From the NCBI GenBank assembly GCA_963796955.1, contig CAWCNJ010000008.1, forward strand, positions 64,001 through 128,000: a stretch of DNA of 64,000 nucleotides, read 5' to 3'. Positions 48,666-58,018 of the stretch are shown in pieces. Both the position numbers and the translations under genes were made by a program. The notes below the pieces were generated by a model. The model had not been told where the DNA came from and made no database searches. It saw only the letters and a program-made list of their open reading frames with translations. This DNA is from Endomicrobiales bacterium. Lineage in GTDB: Bacteria; Elusimicrobiota; Endomicrobiia; Endomicrobiales; JALOBY01. Each line of letters begins with the position of its first letter. The stretch's first letter is position 1.

Positions 48666-49411
48666 CCCCGCCCAAAGCCGGCAAAATGCGGCTGGATGAG
48701 TTGTTGGTCGCCAGAGGCCTCGCCGAAAATGTCTCCAGAGCGCAGTCACTTATAATGGCGGGCCTGGTAGAGGTTCATGGCGTTCAAAACGCGAAAGCGG
48801 GTCTGTCAGTACCTTCCGACATCATTGTAACCGTAAAAGAACAAATACCCTATGTTTCGCGCGGCGGTCTGAAACTCGAAGGTGCCCTTGATGTTTTCAA
48901 TATTTCAATTACGGGAAGGAACTGTCTCGATGTCGGCGCCTCAACGGGCGGATTTACGGACTGTCTTTTACAGCGCGGTGCCCTCAAAGTCTACGCTGTC
49001 GATGTGGGTCGCGGGCTTATGCATCCCAAGATAGCCAGGGATGCCCGCGTGGTTAACATAGAGAACACTAACTTCCGTAATTTCGACCCTAAAATATTGA
49101 AAGAGCCCGTCGAATTTTGTACAATTGATGTGTCGTTCATCTCGCTTAAGTCTTTGCTGCCGGTGATACAAAAGGCGGTTGCGCCCGGCGGCGAGATTCT
49201 GGCCATGGTAAAACCTCAATTCGAGGTTGGACCAAAGGATCTGGTGAAAGGTGTGGTGCTGGATCCATCGGCGCGGGAACAGGCGATACGCGGCATACAT
49301 GAATGTGCTTTGACGCTCGGTTTTGTTTTTCAAGGGGGGGCCGATTCAAAGTTGCGGGGGCCTCAGGGAAACCTTGAACATTTCCTCTGGTTAAGGACGG
49401 AACGGCGATGA
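48662..49411 (+). CDS. tlyA: TlyA family rRNA methyltransferase
   Basis: S4 domain RLDELL, YVSRGGLKL, DVGASTGGFTD, DVSFISL, KPQFE. Confidence 0.95.
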   Translation: MTPPKAGKMRLDELLVARGLAENVSRAQSLIMAGLVEVHGVQNAKAGLSVPSDIIVTVKEQIPYVSRGGLKLEGALDVFNISITGRNCLDVGASTGGFTDCLLQRGALKVYAVDVGRGLMHPKIARDARVVNIENTNFRNFDPKILKEPVEFCTIDVSFISLKSLLPVIQKAVAPGGEILAMVKPQFEVGPKDLVKGVVLDPSAREQAIRGIHECALTLGFVFQGGADSKLRGPQGNLEHFLWLRTERR

Positions 49412-50079
49412 AGATCAAACTGCCAAAGATGTTCGGGAAAAAAGGATTTGTTGTTCGCGTAAAGCCAAAACCTGCCGCAGCCAGACCCCCGGAACCCGCT
49501 GCTGATGTCCCTGAAGATACTGATTACTCAAAACGGACTACTCCGGCCCTTATCGCTTCGCTGGGCCATGCGGACCCGTATATGCGTACCGTCGCGGCCG
49601 AGGTGCTTGGCCGCCTGCGGGAAAAACAATCGGTCCAGCCGCTTATCACCGCTCTCAAAGATCATTCAAAACTTGTCCGGGAAAAAACCGCGATAGCGCT
49701 GGGCCATATCGGCGACAAAAATGCGGTTCAACCGCTCATAGAATCACTCAACGATGAAGCGGAGGAAGTACGGGTCACGGTTGCCGGCGTCCTGGGACAC
49801 TTGCGCGACCGCGCCGCCGTGCCGGCTCTCATAACTTCCTTATCAGATCACAGCCCTCAAACCAGGATGAAGGCCGCTATCTCTCTCGGTTTGATCGGAG
49901 ATCCGCTTGCCATTAAACCGCTTTTTGATGCGTTATCAGACGAAAATGAAATGGTACGCAAATACGCCTGCGAAGCACTCGGCAGCCTTGGAAGGCCGGC
50001 GGTATCTGCCTTATTAAAGGCGTTGAAGAATGACCGTGTGCGGGCACACGCGGCACATTCATTGATGAGGTTAAAATGA
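49408..50079 (+). CDS. HEAT/PBS-lyase repeat protein (paralogue 1)
   Basis: Repeated AV.PLI.AL.D....VR..AA.ALG units; Pro-rich basic N-terminus. Confidence 0.85.
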   Translation: MKIKLPKMFGKKGFVVRVKPKPAAARPPEPAADVPEDTDYSKRTTPALIASLGHADPYMRTVAAEVLGRLREKQSVQPLITALKDHSKLVREKTAIALGHIGDKNAVQPLIESLNDEAEEVRVTVAGVLGHLRDRAAVPALITSLSDHSPQTRMKAAISLGLIGDPLAIKPLFDALSDENEMVRKYACEALGSLGRPAVSALLKALKNDRVRAHAAHSLMRLK

Positions 50080-50681
50080 GCATATTTTCCCGTATCTTCG
50101 GTGGTGAGGCGAACCCGGCGGACCAGTATTTCGGCACTATTTCCACGGCGATAGCTGATTCTATAAATGATGCGGACCCGTTAATTAGAGCGCTGACCAT
50201 CGATCTCGCCGGCCGGCTGAAAGAGGATTCTGTTGTAGACTTACTAATAAAGACCCTGGACGATCCTCTGCATTTTATCCGGCAGAAATCAGCGCAGGCG
50301 CTGGGCGCCATCGGAAGCAAAAAAGCCATTCCACCTCTTATCAAGGCGTTGGAAGATCCATCCGATGAAGTACGTGTTACCGTTGCCGGTGTTCTTGGCT
50401 TCCTGAAAGAAAAGACGGCGGTGCCCGCGTTGCTGAACACGCTGAAAGATCACAGCCCGCATACCCGCATGAAAGCCGCTATCTCGCTTGGTTTTATCGG
50501 TGATCAGCGCGCGATACCCGCCTTGTTCGCGGCTACCCGAGACGATAATGAGCAGGTGCGTAAGTATTCTGTAGAGGCGCTTGGAAGAATAGGGAAGAGT
50601 GCTATCTCAATGTTGCTGGAACTTATAAAAGACGAACGTCTGCGCGACATAGCTACAGAATCACTCATGAAGATAAAATAA
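50076..50681 (+). CDS. HEAT/PBS-lyase repeat protein (paralogue 2)
   Basis: Same repeat; shares EVRVTVAGVLG and DHSPxTRMKAAISLG with the upstream gene. Confidence 0.85.
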   Translation: MSIFSRIFGGEANPADQYFGTISTAIADSINDADPLIRALTIDLAGRLKEDSVVDLLIKTLDDPLHFIRQKSAQALGAIGSKKAIPPLIKALEDPSDEVRVTVAGVLGFLKEKTAVPALLNTLKDHSPHTRMKAAISLGFIGDQRAIPALFAATRDDNEQVRKYSVEALGRIGKSAISMLLELIKDERLRDIATESLMKIK

Positions 50682-50688
50682 GGGAACG

Positions 50689-53136
50689 ATGATAAACTAC
50701 AACCATAGCGAATTTGAGAAAAAGTGGCAGGAGTTCTGGGAAACACAGGGCACGTTCCACGCGCAGGAAGACGATGAGCGACTGAAGTATTATTGCCTGG
50801 TCATGTTCCCGTACCCTTCCGGAAAACTGCACATGGGCCACGTGCGTAATTACGTGCTGGGCGATATTTTCGCCCGCTATTACCGCATGAAGGGTTTTAA
50901 TGTTATACAGCCCATCGGCTGGGATTCGTTCGGCCTGCCCGCCGAGAACGCCGCTATCAAGAATAAAGTTAACCCCAGGGATTGGACAAGACAGAATATC
51001 GCGCACATGCGCATGCAGCTGAAGTCTCTCGGGATTTCCTACGATTGGCGCCGTGAGATCGCGACCTGCGAGCCTGATTATTATAAATGGAACCAGTGGT
51101 TTTTCATAAAGATGTGGGAAAAAGGCCTTGCCTACCGCAAAACCTCGAAAGTTAACTGGTGCCCCTCGTGCGCGACGGTGCTTGCCAACGAACAGGTGCA
51201 CAGCGGCAAGTGCTGGCGCTGCGACAGTTTAGTCGAGAATAAAGAACTGGAACAATGGTTCATTAAGATAACGGATTATGCACAGGAGCTGCTGGACGGC
51301 CATGAAAAACTCAAGGACGGCTGGCCGGAAGAAGTACTGGCCATGCAGAAACACTGGATAGGAAAATCAATTGGCGGCGAGGTTGATTTTAAGATAGTTT
51401 CTGACTCAGGGCATTACAACGCTTCCTTGAAGGTTTTTACTACCCGACCCGACACTCTGTTCGGCGCTACCTTTATCGTTGTCGCGCCCGAGCATGGAAT
51501 GCTCTCCTCGATAGAGGCGCATGCCGCAAATTATCAGGCAGTAAAAAAATATGTCGACAACGCCATTAAACAAAAAGCTTCAACGGCAAAAGAACAAGCG
51601 ATAAAAGAAAAGACGGGGGTACGCCTTGAGGGCGTCTCTGCGGTGAATCCGGCCAACGGTTCAAAGCTGCCTGTCTATGTTTCAGACTATGTTCTGATGG
51701 AATACGGTACCGGCGCAATAATGGCTGTGCCTGCCCATGACCAGCGCGATTGGGATTTTGCCACCGCACACAATATCCCGATCATCCAGGTCATCGGCTC
51801 AGAGGGACTCGATATACAACAAAGCGCCTGGGAAGGTGACGGCGTAATGATGAACTCGGCCCAATTCAACGGCTTGCCGGTTGAAGAGGGAAAAATACGT
51901 ATACTTGACTGGCTCCAGGAAAAAGGTGTCGCCACACGTTCTACCAAATTCCGTATAAAAGATTGGCTGGTATCGCGCCAGAGGTTCTGGGGTACGCCGA
52001 TACCCATGATCCACTGCCCGGCGTGCGGTATTGTGCCCGTTCCTGAAAATCAACTGCCGGTTACATTGCCCGATAATGTCGTCCTGACCGGTACCGGTCA
52101 GTCGCCCCTTTCCGAGGACAAAGCCTTCACCGATGTTACCTGTCCCAAATGCGGCGGTCCGGCAAAACGCGAAACGGATACCATGGATACCTTTGTTGAT
52201 TCATCCTGGTACTATGCCCGATATTGCGACCCAAAGAACGCACGCGCGCCATTCGCCCGCGACAACGCCGCTAAATGGCTGCCGGTAGACCAATATATCG
52301 GCGGCATCGAACACGCTTGCATGCACCTGATCTACGCGCGTTTCTGGCATAAGCTCATGAGAGACCTCGGTCTGGTAAAGTCTGATGAGCCGTTCATGAA
52401 ACTGCTGACCCAGGGCATGGTTTGCCTCGGTGGTAGCGCGATGTCCAAGTCGCGCGGTAATATCGTAACACCGGACGAAATACTTGCGAATTTCGGGGCG
52501 GATACGGCACGGCTGTTCATTATGTTCGCCGCGCCTCCTCATAAACAGCTGGAATGGTCTTCCGACGGCGTGGAAGGTTCATGGCGCTTCATTAACCGGT
52601 TCTGGCGCCTGCTGGAGCGTCTGGAAGTTCCGGGCGGTCAGGCGACGGATGCTGAGAGCGCTGAACTGCGCAAAGTGCTTCACGCGACCATCAAAAAAGT
52701 CACGAACGATATTGAAAAAGAACAGCAGCTTAATACCGCAATTTCCTCTGTCATGGAATTGGTCAACGCATTGTACGCGTACCCGGCCCAGGGAAATGAA
52801 GTTTTTAGAGAGACATTGAAAACAATAACGCTCTTGCTTGCGCCCTACATCCCTCACACCTGCGAGGAAATGTGGCAGCTGCTGGGTAACAAAAATAGCA
52901 TCTCAACCGCGCCGTGGCCCCAGTTCGATCCTCAGTTCCTGGTTGAGGATACCATCGAGCTGCCGGTGCAGATCAACGGGAAGCTGCGCGGCAGGCTGTG
53001 CGTTCCTTTAGCGGTTACGGAGCAGGAGTTGCGTACACTGACGATCGCCGATAAGAGCCTGGAGCCTTTTCTCGGCGGTAAAGCGATAAAGAAATTCATC
53101 TATGTGCCGAAAAAGATATTGAATATCGTCGTTTAG
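50689..53136 (+). CDS. leuS: Leucine--tRNA ligase
   Basis: MFPYPSGKLHMGH, VFTTRPDT, GTGAIMAVPAHDQRD, AMSKS. Confidence 0.98.
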   Translation: MINYNHSEFEKKWQEFWETQGTFHAQEDDERLKYYCLVMFPYPSGKLHMGHVRNYVLGDIFARYYRMKGFNVIQPIGWDSFGLPAENAAIKNKVNPRDWTRQNIAHMRMQLKSLGISYDWRREIATCEPDYYKWNQWFFIKMWEKGLAYRKTSKVNWCPSCATVLANEQVHSGKCWRCDSLVENKELEQWFIKITDYAQELLDGHEKLKDGWPEEVLAMQKHWIGKSIGGEVDFKIVSDSGHYNASLKVFTTRPDTLFGATFIVVAPEHGMLSSIEAHAANYQAVKKYVDNAIKQKASTAKEQAIKEKTGVRLEGVSAVNPANGSKLPVYVSDYVLMEYGTGAIMAVPAHDQRDWDFATAHNIPIIQVIGSEGLDIQQSAWEGDGVMMNSAQFNGLPVEEGKIRILDWLQEKGVATRSTKFRIKDWLVSRQRFWGTPIPMIHCPACGIVPVPENQLPVTLPDNVVLTGTGQSPLSEDKAFTDVTCPKCGGPAKRETDTMDTFVDSSWYYARYCDPKNARAPFARDNAAKWLPVDQYIGGIEHACMHLIYARFWHKLMRDLGLVKSDEPFMKLLTQGMVCLGGSAMSKSRGNIVTPDEILANFGADTARLFIMFAAPPHKQLEWSSDGVEGSWRFINRFWRLLERLEVPGGQATDAESAELRKVLHATIKKVTNDIEKEQQLNTAISSVMELVNALYAYPAQGNEVFRETLKTITLLLAPYIPHTCEEMWQLLGNKNSISTAPWPQFDPQFLVEDTIELPVQINGKLRGRLCVPLAVTEQELRTLTIADKSLEPFLGGKAIKKFIYVPKKILNIVV

Positions 53137-53157
53137 GTTTTTCAAAGGGAGTTCAAA

Positions 53158-53718
53158 ATGTTTACAAAGTCACTGGTTGCAATGTGTCTGGCCGCTTCAG
53201 CTTTTTTGTTTGGTTGTGCCTCACCCTATGAGCCTGCTCCGCAGACCATGCCTCAGCACATAAAGAAACTCGCTATACGGCCTATTATCAATAATACCCC
53301 AACATCGGGCCTTGAAGAAAAACTGACCCTTGCGGTAAATAATGAATTTGTGCGCGACGGACGCTTCGCGATAGTCAGCAACGAGGCCGACGCCGACGGT
53401 GTGGTGGTGGGAGAGATCAAACGCTATATACTGCAGCCCTTAACCTATGACCAGAACATGATAACGACCCAGTATAAACTGTGGGTCGTGCTGAACCTGT
53501 ATTTTATTGATAAAGCCAACAACGTGACCCTCTGGACAGAGCCGAATATGGAAGGTATGCAGGTTTACTACGATGCTAACCAGCCCGGCGGGCGCACCGA
53601 AGACGAGGTGCGCGATATACTCTGGGACAGCCTTTCGCGCGATATCGTGAAGCGCACCATTGAAGGCTTCGGTTCCGTGCAGGGCGGTTCAGAAAAGAAG
53701 ATACCGGCCCAGCAATAA
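53158..53718 (+). CDS. lptE: LPS assembly lipoprotein, LptE family
   Basis: Lipobox LFG-C; conserved leuS-lptE-holA order. Confidence 0.75.
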   Translation: MFTKSLVAMCLAASAFLFGCASPYEPAPQTMPQHIKKLAIRPIINNTPTSGLEEKLTLAVNNEFVRDGRFAIVSNEADADGVVVGEIKRYILQPLTYDQNMITTQYKLWVVLNLYFIDKANNVTLWTEPNMEGMQVYYDANQPGGRTEDEVRDILWDSLSRDIVKRTIEGFGSVQGGSEKKIPAQQ

Positions 53719-53723
53719 TCACC

Positions 53724-54752
53724 GTGCCCACACAGACACCCGCTTCAATACAATCAAGGCTTAAAGCAAAACAATTTGCCTGCGCCTACCTGCTTTCCGG
53801 CGAGGAATTGCAGCTTATAGAGAACATGACGCATTCGATAGAGACTGCGATCAATGTTGACCCTATGGGTAAAGAGGTTTTTTTCGGCACGGACATGAAA
53901 GCCGGCGATCTTATAATGTCGGCCGAAACACTCCCGTTCATGACCGGCGCACGGTTCATCGTTGTGAAGGATGCAAACAAGATAAAGGCCGCGGAAGTAA
54001 AGATCCTTGCCGCATTCATTAACAAGGGCCTTCCCGAAACCTCTCACCTGGTTTTTATCTGGCCGGAAAAATTATCAAAGAAGAAAAACGATCTAACCGA
54101 CGCTCTAACCAAAGCGGCTGATTGTGTTGAATTCAGGCGTTTATATGACAATGAAGTGCCGGCCTGGATAGCCCAACAGTGCAAGGCCGCGGGGAAAAAT
54201 ATAGACTCGCAGGGCATGCAATATCTTGCCGACCAGGCAGGTGGTTCGTTGCTGGATCTCTCTAATGAAATAGAAAAGCTTGTGTTGTTCTGCGGGGCAG
54301 CTAAGGATATAACGCTGAGTGATGTAAAGGCTTCCGTGGGCAATGTAAAACAGTATGACTTGAACGATCTCGGCAATGTCGTTGAGCGTAGAGATCTTCC
54401 GAAGTCTCTGGCGATGTGCGAGGGGCTGGTGGCTGACGGGGAGGCGGGGTTGCGGATACTGGCGACTATAGGCAGGACGCTGCGTAAACTGACGATAGCT
54501 AAAAGTATGATGGAAGAAGAAAAAGTAAGTGTTGCCGATATAAAACTGCAACTAAGGCTGCATCCCTTTTTCGCGAAAGACTTCTTCACGAACCTTCAAA
54601 AATTCTCGCTGCCTGAGCTTTCTTCTTCCCTTGCACAAATACAAAAGGCCGACCTGGCTTTGAAAAGTTCAGGACGGCCTGAAGTTGCTATATTGCAGGA
54701 CTTGTTAGTTTCTGTTCTTTCTACGGTTACTTTGCGGCGCCAAGGGCGCTGA
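53724..54752 (+). CDS. holA: DNA polymerase III delta subunit
   Basis: YLLSGEE, TLPFM...FIVVK, NEIEKL, ADLALKS; GTG start. Confidence 0.9.
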   Translation: MPTQTPASIQSRLKAKQFACAYLLSGEELQLIENMTHSIETAINVDPMGKEVFFGTDMKAGDLIMSAETLPFMTGARFIVVKDANKIKAAEVKILAAFINKGLPETSHLVFIWPEKLSKKKNDLTDALTKAADCVEFRRLYDNEVPAWIAQQCKAAGKNIDSQGMQYLADQAGGSLLDLSNEIEKLVLFCGAAKDITLSDVKASVGNVKQYDLNDLGNVVERRDLPKSLAMCEGLVADGEAGLRILATIGRTLRKLTIAKSMMEEEKVSVADIKLQLRLHPFFAKDFFTNLQKFSLPELSSSLAQIQKADLALKSSGRPEVAILQDLLVSVLSTVTLRRQGR

Positions 54753-55014
54753 CCATTTTTGCAAGGCGCGCTTTCTGGTTCGCTGCCGCGTTGGAATGAA
54801 TGACGTTGGTCTTAGCTGCTTTGTCCCACTGGGAAAAGGCGCTTTTCAGAAGGCTTTTTGCGAGGGTTGCATCGTTGCCTTTTACCGCGGCTTCGACGTT
54901 CTTTGAGAGGGAACGGATCCTGCTCTTGATAGAAGCATTGTGCAGGGTGCGGACATTGGCTTTACGAAGTTCCTTAAGCGCTGATGTGTGACGGCCAGTC
55001 TTGAGTTTTGCCAT
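54727..55014 (-). CDS. rpsT: 30S ribosomal protein S20
   Basis: SALKELRK...N..IKSRIR...DKAAKTNVIHSNAAA; ATG at 55014; convergent 26-nt overlap with holA. Confidence 0.95.
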   Translation of the reverse strand: MAKLKTGRHTSALKELRKANVRTLHNASIKSRIRSLSKNVEAAVKGNDATLAKSLLKSAFSQWDKAAKTNVIHSNAAANQKARLAKMVSALGAAK

Positions 55015-55046
55015 TGATGTGTAGCCTCCGAGTGAAATTTCATAGA

Positions 55047-55075
55047 AATATACCATATTAGCTGCGGATAGTCAA
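55047..55075 (-). promoter_or_regulatory. sigma70 promoter of rpsT (TTGACT-N17-TATATT)
   Basis: Minus strand hexamers at 55070-55075 and 55047-55052. Confidence 0.65.
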
Positions 55076-55094
55076 TAATAAGGAACTTAAAATA

Positions 55095-56663
55095 ATGGAA
55101 CAGGAAAAGAAACTTACTAAACACGCGGGACATATCGCTGGCGGCACGGCGATATCGAGAGTCTTGGGCTATTTGCGCGATATGCTGGTCGCCCATACGT
55201 TCGGGGCAGGCCTTTCGGCTGATGCTTTTTATGCAGCCTACCGGATACCGAACCTTTTTCGCAGGCTTTTAGGCGAGGGGGCGTTATCGGCCTCCTTCAT
55301 TCCGGTGCTCAGCGAATATCTGCATACCAAAACAAAAGAAGAGACCCAGGATCTTTTAAACGCACTGTATTCTATATTGTTGATAATTCTTGTCGTTATC
55401 ACGGCTCTGGGCATAGTGTTCGCGCCATATCTGGTGAACGTTATCGCTTACGGATTTACCTCAAACAGCGAAAAAATGGCGCTGACCGTGACGCTGACGC
55501 AGTTGATGTTCCCGTTCCTGTTGTTCATTTGCATGGCGGCACTTGGCCTGGGTATACTTAATACTTTAAGCGCCTTCTTTATGCCTGCCGTTGCGCCCGC
55601 CACTCTCAGCGTTGCTGAAATCGTATTCCTGCTGGCAATAGCGCCTTTGCTCAGCCCGGACAATCAGATAAAGGGACTGGCTATAAGCGTTATAATTGGC
55701 GGTCTCGCCCAGTATCTTATACAGCTGCCCGCGATCTATAAACTGGGCTGGAAACTAAAGTGGAAACCGAACTTCAGCCACCCGGGCGTCCGTAAGATAG
55801 CCTGGTTGATGCTGCCCGCCACAATAGGTTTGTCTGTCGACCAGATAAACGCGTTCGTTGACACCGTCTGCGCCTCCTTCCTGCACGAAGGCTCCATCAC
55901 CGCGCTGTATTATTCGAACCGGATCATGCAGTTGCCTCTTGCCATATTCGGTATTGCATTGGCGAGCGTCGCCCTTCCCTCGATGGCGAAGGCTGTTTCC
56001 AGGAACGATCCTGACGATTTTAAGGCTACATTGAATTTTGCGATGCGTTTCAACATGTTTATGCTGGTGCCTGCCGCTACCGGTTTAATGGTTCTTGGTA
56101 TCCCCATGATACATGTGCTTTTTGAGCGGGGTGAATTTAATCATCAGGCGACGCTGCTTACGAACAGCGCCCTTTTCTGGTATACACTGGGTTTGCCTGC
56201 TTACGCGACCGTTAAAGTATTGGCCAGCGCCTTCTATGCGTATCAACAGACGAAGACGCCGGTAAAAGTCGCGGCCGCCGCGATACTTATTAATGTGGTG
56301 ATCATCGGAGCGTTGTTTTTTACCGGCCACAGAAGCGTCGGTGTGCTCGCCCTGGCGAGCTCTCTCGCCTCCTGGTTTAACGTCTTCGTCCTCGGTTACT
56401 TGTTGCGCAAAAAAGTCGGTCCTCTGGGGATCTCTAAAACGTTGATGTCGGTGGCCAAGACCTGTGCCGCCTCCGCAGTAATGGGCCTGGTCAGCTACTG
56501 GATAGCCTTTATCTGGCTGCCGCATAAACCAATGATAGGCTTGTTCACATCGCTTCTCGTCGGGATAGCCGTTTATTTTGCCATTGCGTACGTCTTCAAG
56601 TTTGACGAAAGCAAACCGTTGTTCTCGTTGATCCTTGATGAAAAACCCACGGGTGTTGAATAG
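55095..56663 (+). CDS. murJ: Lipid II flippase MurJ
   Basis: SRVLGYLRD, AYRIPNLFRRLLGEGALSASFIPV, RIMQLP, FERGEF. Confidence 0.96.
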   Translation: MEQEKKLTKHAGHIAGGTAISRVLGYLRDMLVAHTFGAGLSADAFYAAYRIPNLFRRLLGEGALSASFIPVLSEYLHTKTKEETQDLLNALYSILLIILVVITALGIVFAPYLVNVIAYGFTSNSEKMALTVTLTQLMFPFLLFICMAALGLGILNTLSAFFMPAVAPATLSVAEIVFLLAIAPLLSPDNQIKGLAISVIIGGLAQYLIQLPAIYKLGWKLKWKPNFSHPGVRKIAWLMLPATIGLSVDQINAFVDTVCASFLHEGSITALYYSNRIMQLPLAIFGIALASVALPSMAKAVSRNDPDDFKATLNFAMRFNMFMLVPAATGLMVLGIPMIHVLFERGEFNHQATLLTNSALFWYTLGLPAYATVKVLASAFYAYQQTKTPVKVAAAAILINVVIIGALFFTGHRSVGVLALASSLASWFNVFVLGYLLRKKVGPLGISKTLMSVAKTCAASAVMGLVSYWIAFIWLPHKPMIGLFTSLLVGIAVYFAIAYVFKFDESKPLFSLILDEKPTGVE

Positions 56664-56669
56664 AATATA

Positions 56670-57965
56670 ATGCCAAAGACAAATCTTGACCTTTCGAAGT
56701 TCCCGCTGAAGCCCGGCGTCTATATTATGCGGGATAACGCCGCCAATATTATCTATATCGGCAAAGCCATCAGGCTGCGCACCAGGGTTTCTTCCTATTT
56801 TAACCGGCCCGCGCCTTCGCTGAAGATCGCGGCGCTCATCAGAGTGGTGCGCCACATTGATTACATTCTCGCCGCCTCGGAAACCGAGGCCCTCGTCATT
56901 GAACGTGATCTAATCTATCGTTACCAGCCGTATTACAATACCATGTGGAAGGACGGCAAGTCCTACCCCTACATTAAGCTTACCCGTGAAGATTTTCCAA
57001 GGCTTGTCATAACGCGCAACAAGACCGACGACGGCGCCAAATATTTCGGCCCTTACCCGGACGTGTGGCACATGAAGTCTACCCTGCATTGGCTGAGGGG
57101 GATGTTTGGCCTGCGCAGATGTGCACATGTTTTCGATTCACTGCACCTGCCGCCTGAAAAGAAAGTTAAATCCTGTCTTTATCTTCACGCCGGGAAGTGT
57201 TCAGGGCCGTGCATCGGAAAGATATCTGTGCGCGAGTATAAAACCAGATTGAAAGGCGCGGGGTTGCTTTTGTCAGGAAAATATTCCGCTTTAAAAGATG
57301 TGTTGGCATCAGAAATGAAACGTTCAAGCGTTGCTCTTGATTTCGAAAGAGCGGCTTCTTTGCGCGATCGCATACAGGCTCTCGAATCAATGAACCAGCT
57401 GATAACCGTCCGGGAACTTTCGGCCGGAGATTTTACGGCTTCACTTGAAATGACAGGCTTGTTGGAAAAGGCAAAAGAAATATTACATCTGCCGACTCTG
57501 CCGGCGATAATAGAGGGTTTTGATATATCCAACATAGCAGGAACCGCCTGTGTTGGTTCCATGGTGCGTTTCATGAACGGCAAACCGGACAAAAGTAATT
57601 ACAGGAAATTTAAGATACGAACCGTTCAGGGACAGAACGATTTTGCTATGATAAAGGAGACAGTCCTGCGCAGATACAGCAGGCTATTGAAGGAAGGAAT
57701 GCCGCTTCCTGACCTGGTGCTGATAGACGGGGGAAAAGGCCAGCTGAAAGCCGCAAGCGAGGCCTTACAGTCACTCAAAACCAAGATACCCGTTATCTCT
57801 CTTGCGAAGCAAAATGAAGAAATATTTTTTCCGGACATAGATGAGTCTCTAAAGTTGCCTGAAGAGTCTCCGGTATTGCATCTATTACAATCTGTTCGAG
57901 ATGAATCTCATAGGTTTGCATTGTCGTATAATTTAGTGAGACGCAGGATCGATACCGGCATTTAA
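56670..57965 (+). CDS. uvrC: Excinuclease ABC subunit C, short form lacking the C-terminal HhH domain
   Basis: GIY-YIG (PGVYIM...IYIGKA..LR.RV.SYF), Cys cluster, UVR (FERAASLRD), RNase H-like (FDISN, DGGKGQL, RDESHRFA). Confidence 0.88.
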   Translation: MPKTNLDLSKFPLKPGVYIMRDNAANIIYIGKAIRLRTRVSSYFNRPAPSLKIAALIRVVRHIDYILAASETEALVIERDLIYRYQPYYNTMWKDGKSYPYIKLTREDFPRLVITRNKTDDGAKYFGPYPDVWHMKSTLHWLRGMFGLRRCAHVFDSLHLPPEKKVKSCLYLHAGKCSGPCIGKISVREYKTRLKGAGLLLSGKYSALKDVLASEMKRSSVALDFERAASLRDRIQALESMNQLITVRELSAGDFTASLEMTGLLEKAKEILHLPTLPAIIEGFDISNIAGTACVGSMVRFMNGKPDKSNYRKFKIRTVQGQNDFAMIKETVLRRYSRLLKEGMPLPDLVLIDGGKGQLKAASEALQSLKTKIPVISLAKQNEEIFFPDIDESLKLPEESPVLHLLQSVRDESHRFALSYNLVRRRIDTGI

Positions 57966-57974
57966 TATTATTTT

Positions 57975-58002
57975 GTAGGGACGAACGTCCGTTCGCCCCT
58001 AC
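57975..58002 (-). repeat. GTAG-type REP palindrome, copy 2
   Basis: GTAGGGACGAACGTCCGTTCGCCCCTAC; reverse complement matches 25759-25786 at 26/28. Confidence 0.8.
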
Positions 58003-58018
58003 CTTCTAGAGAGGATAA

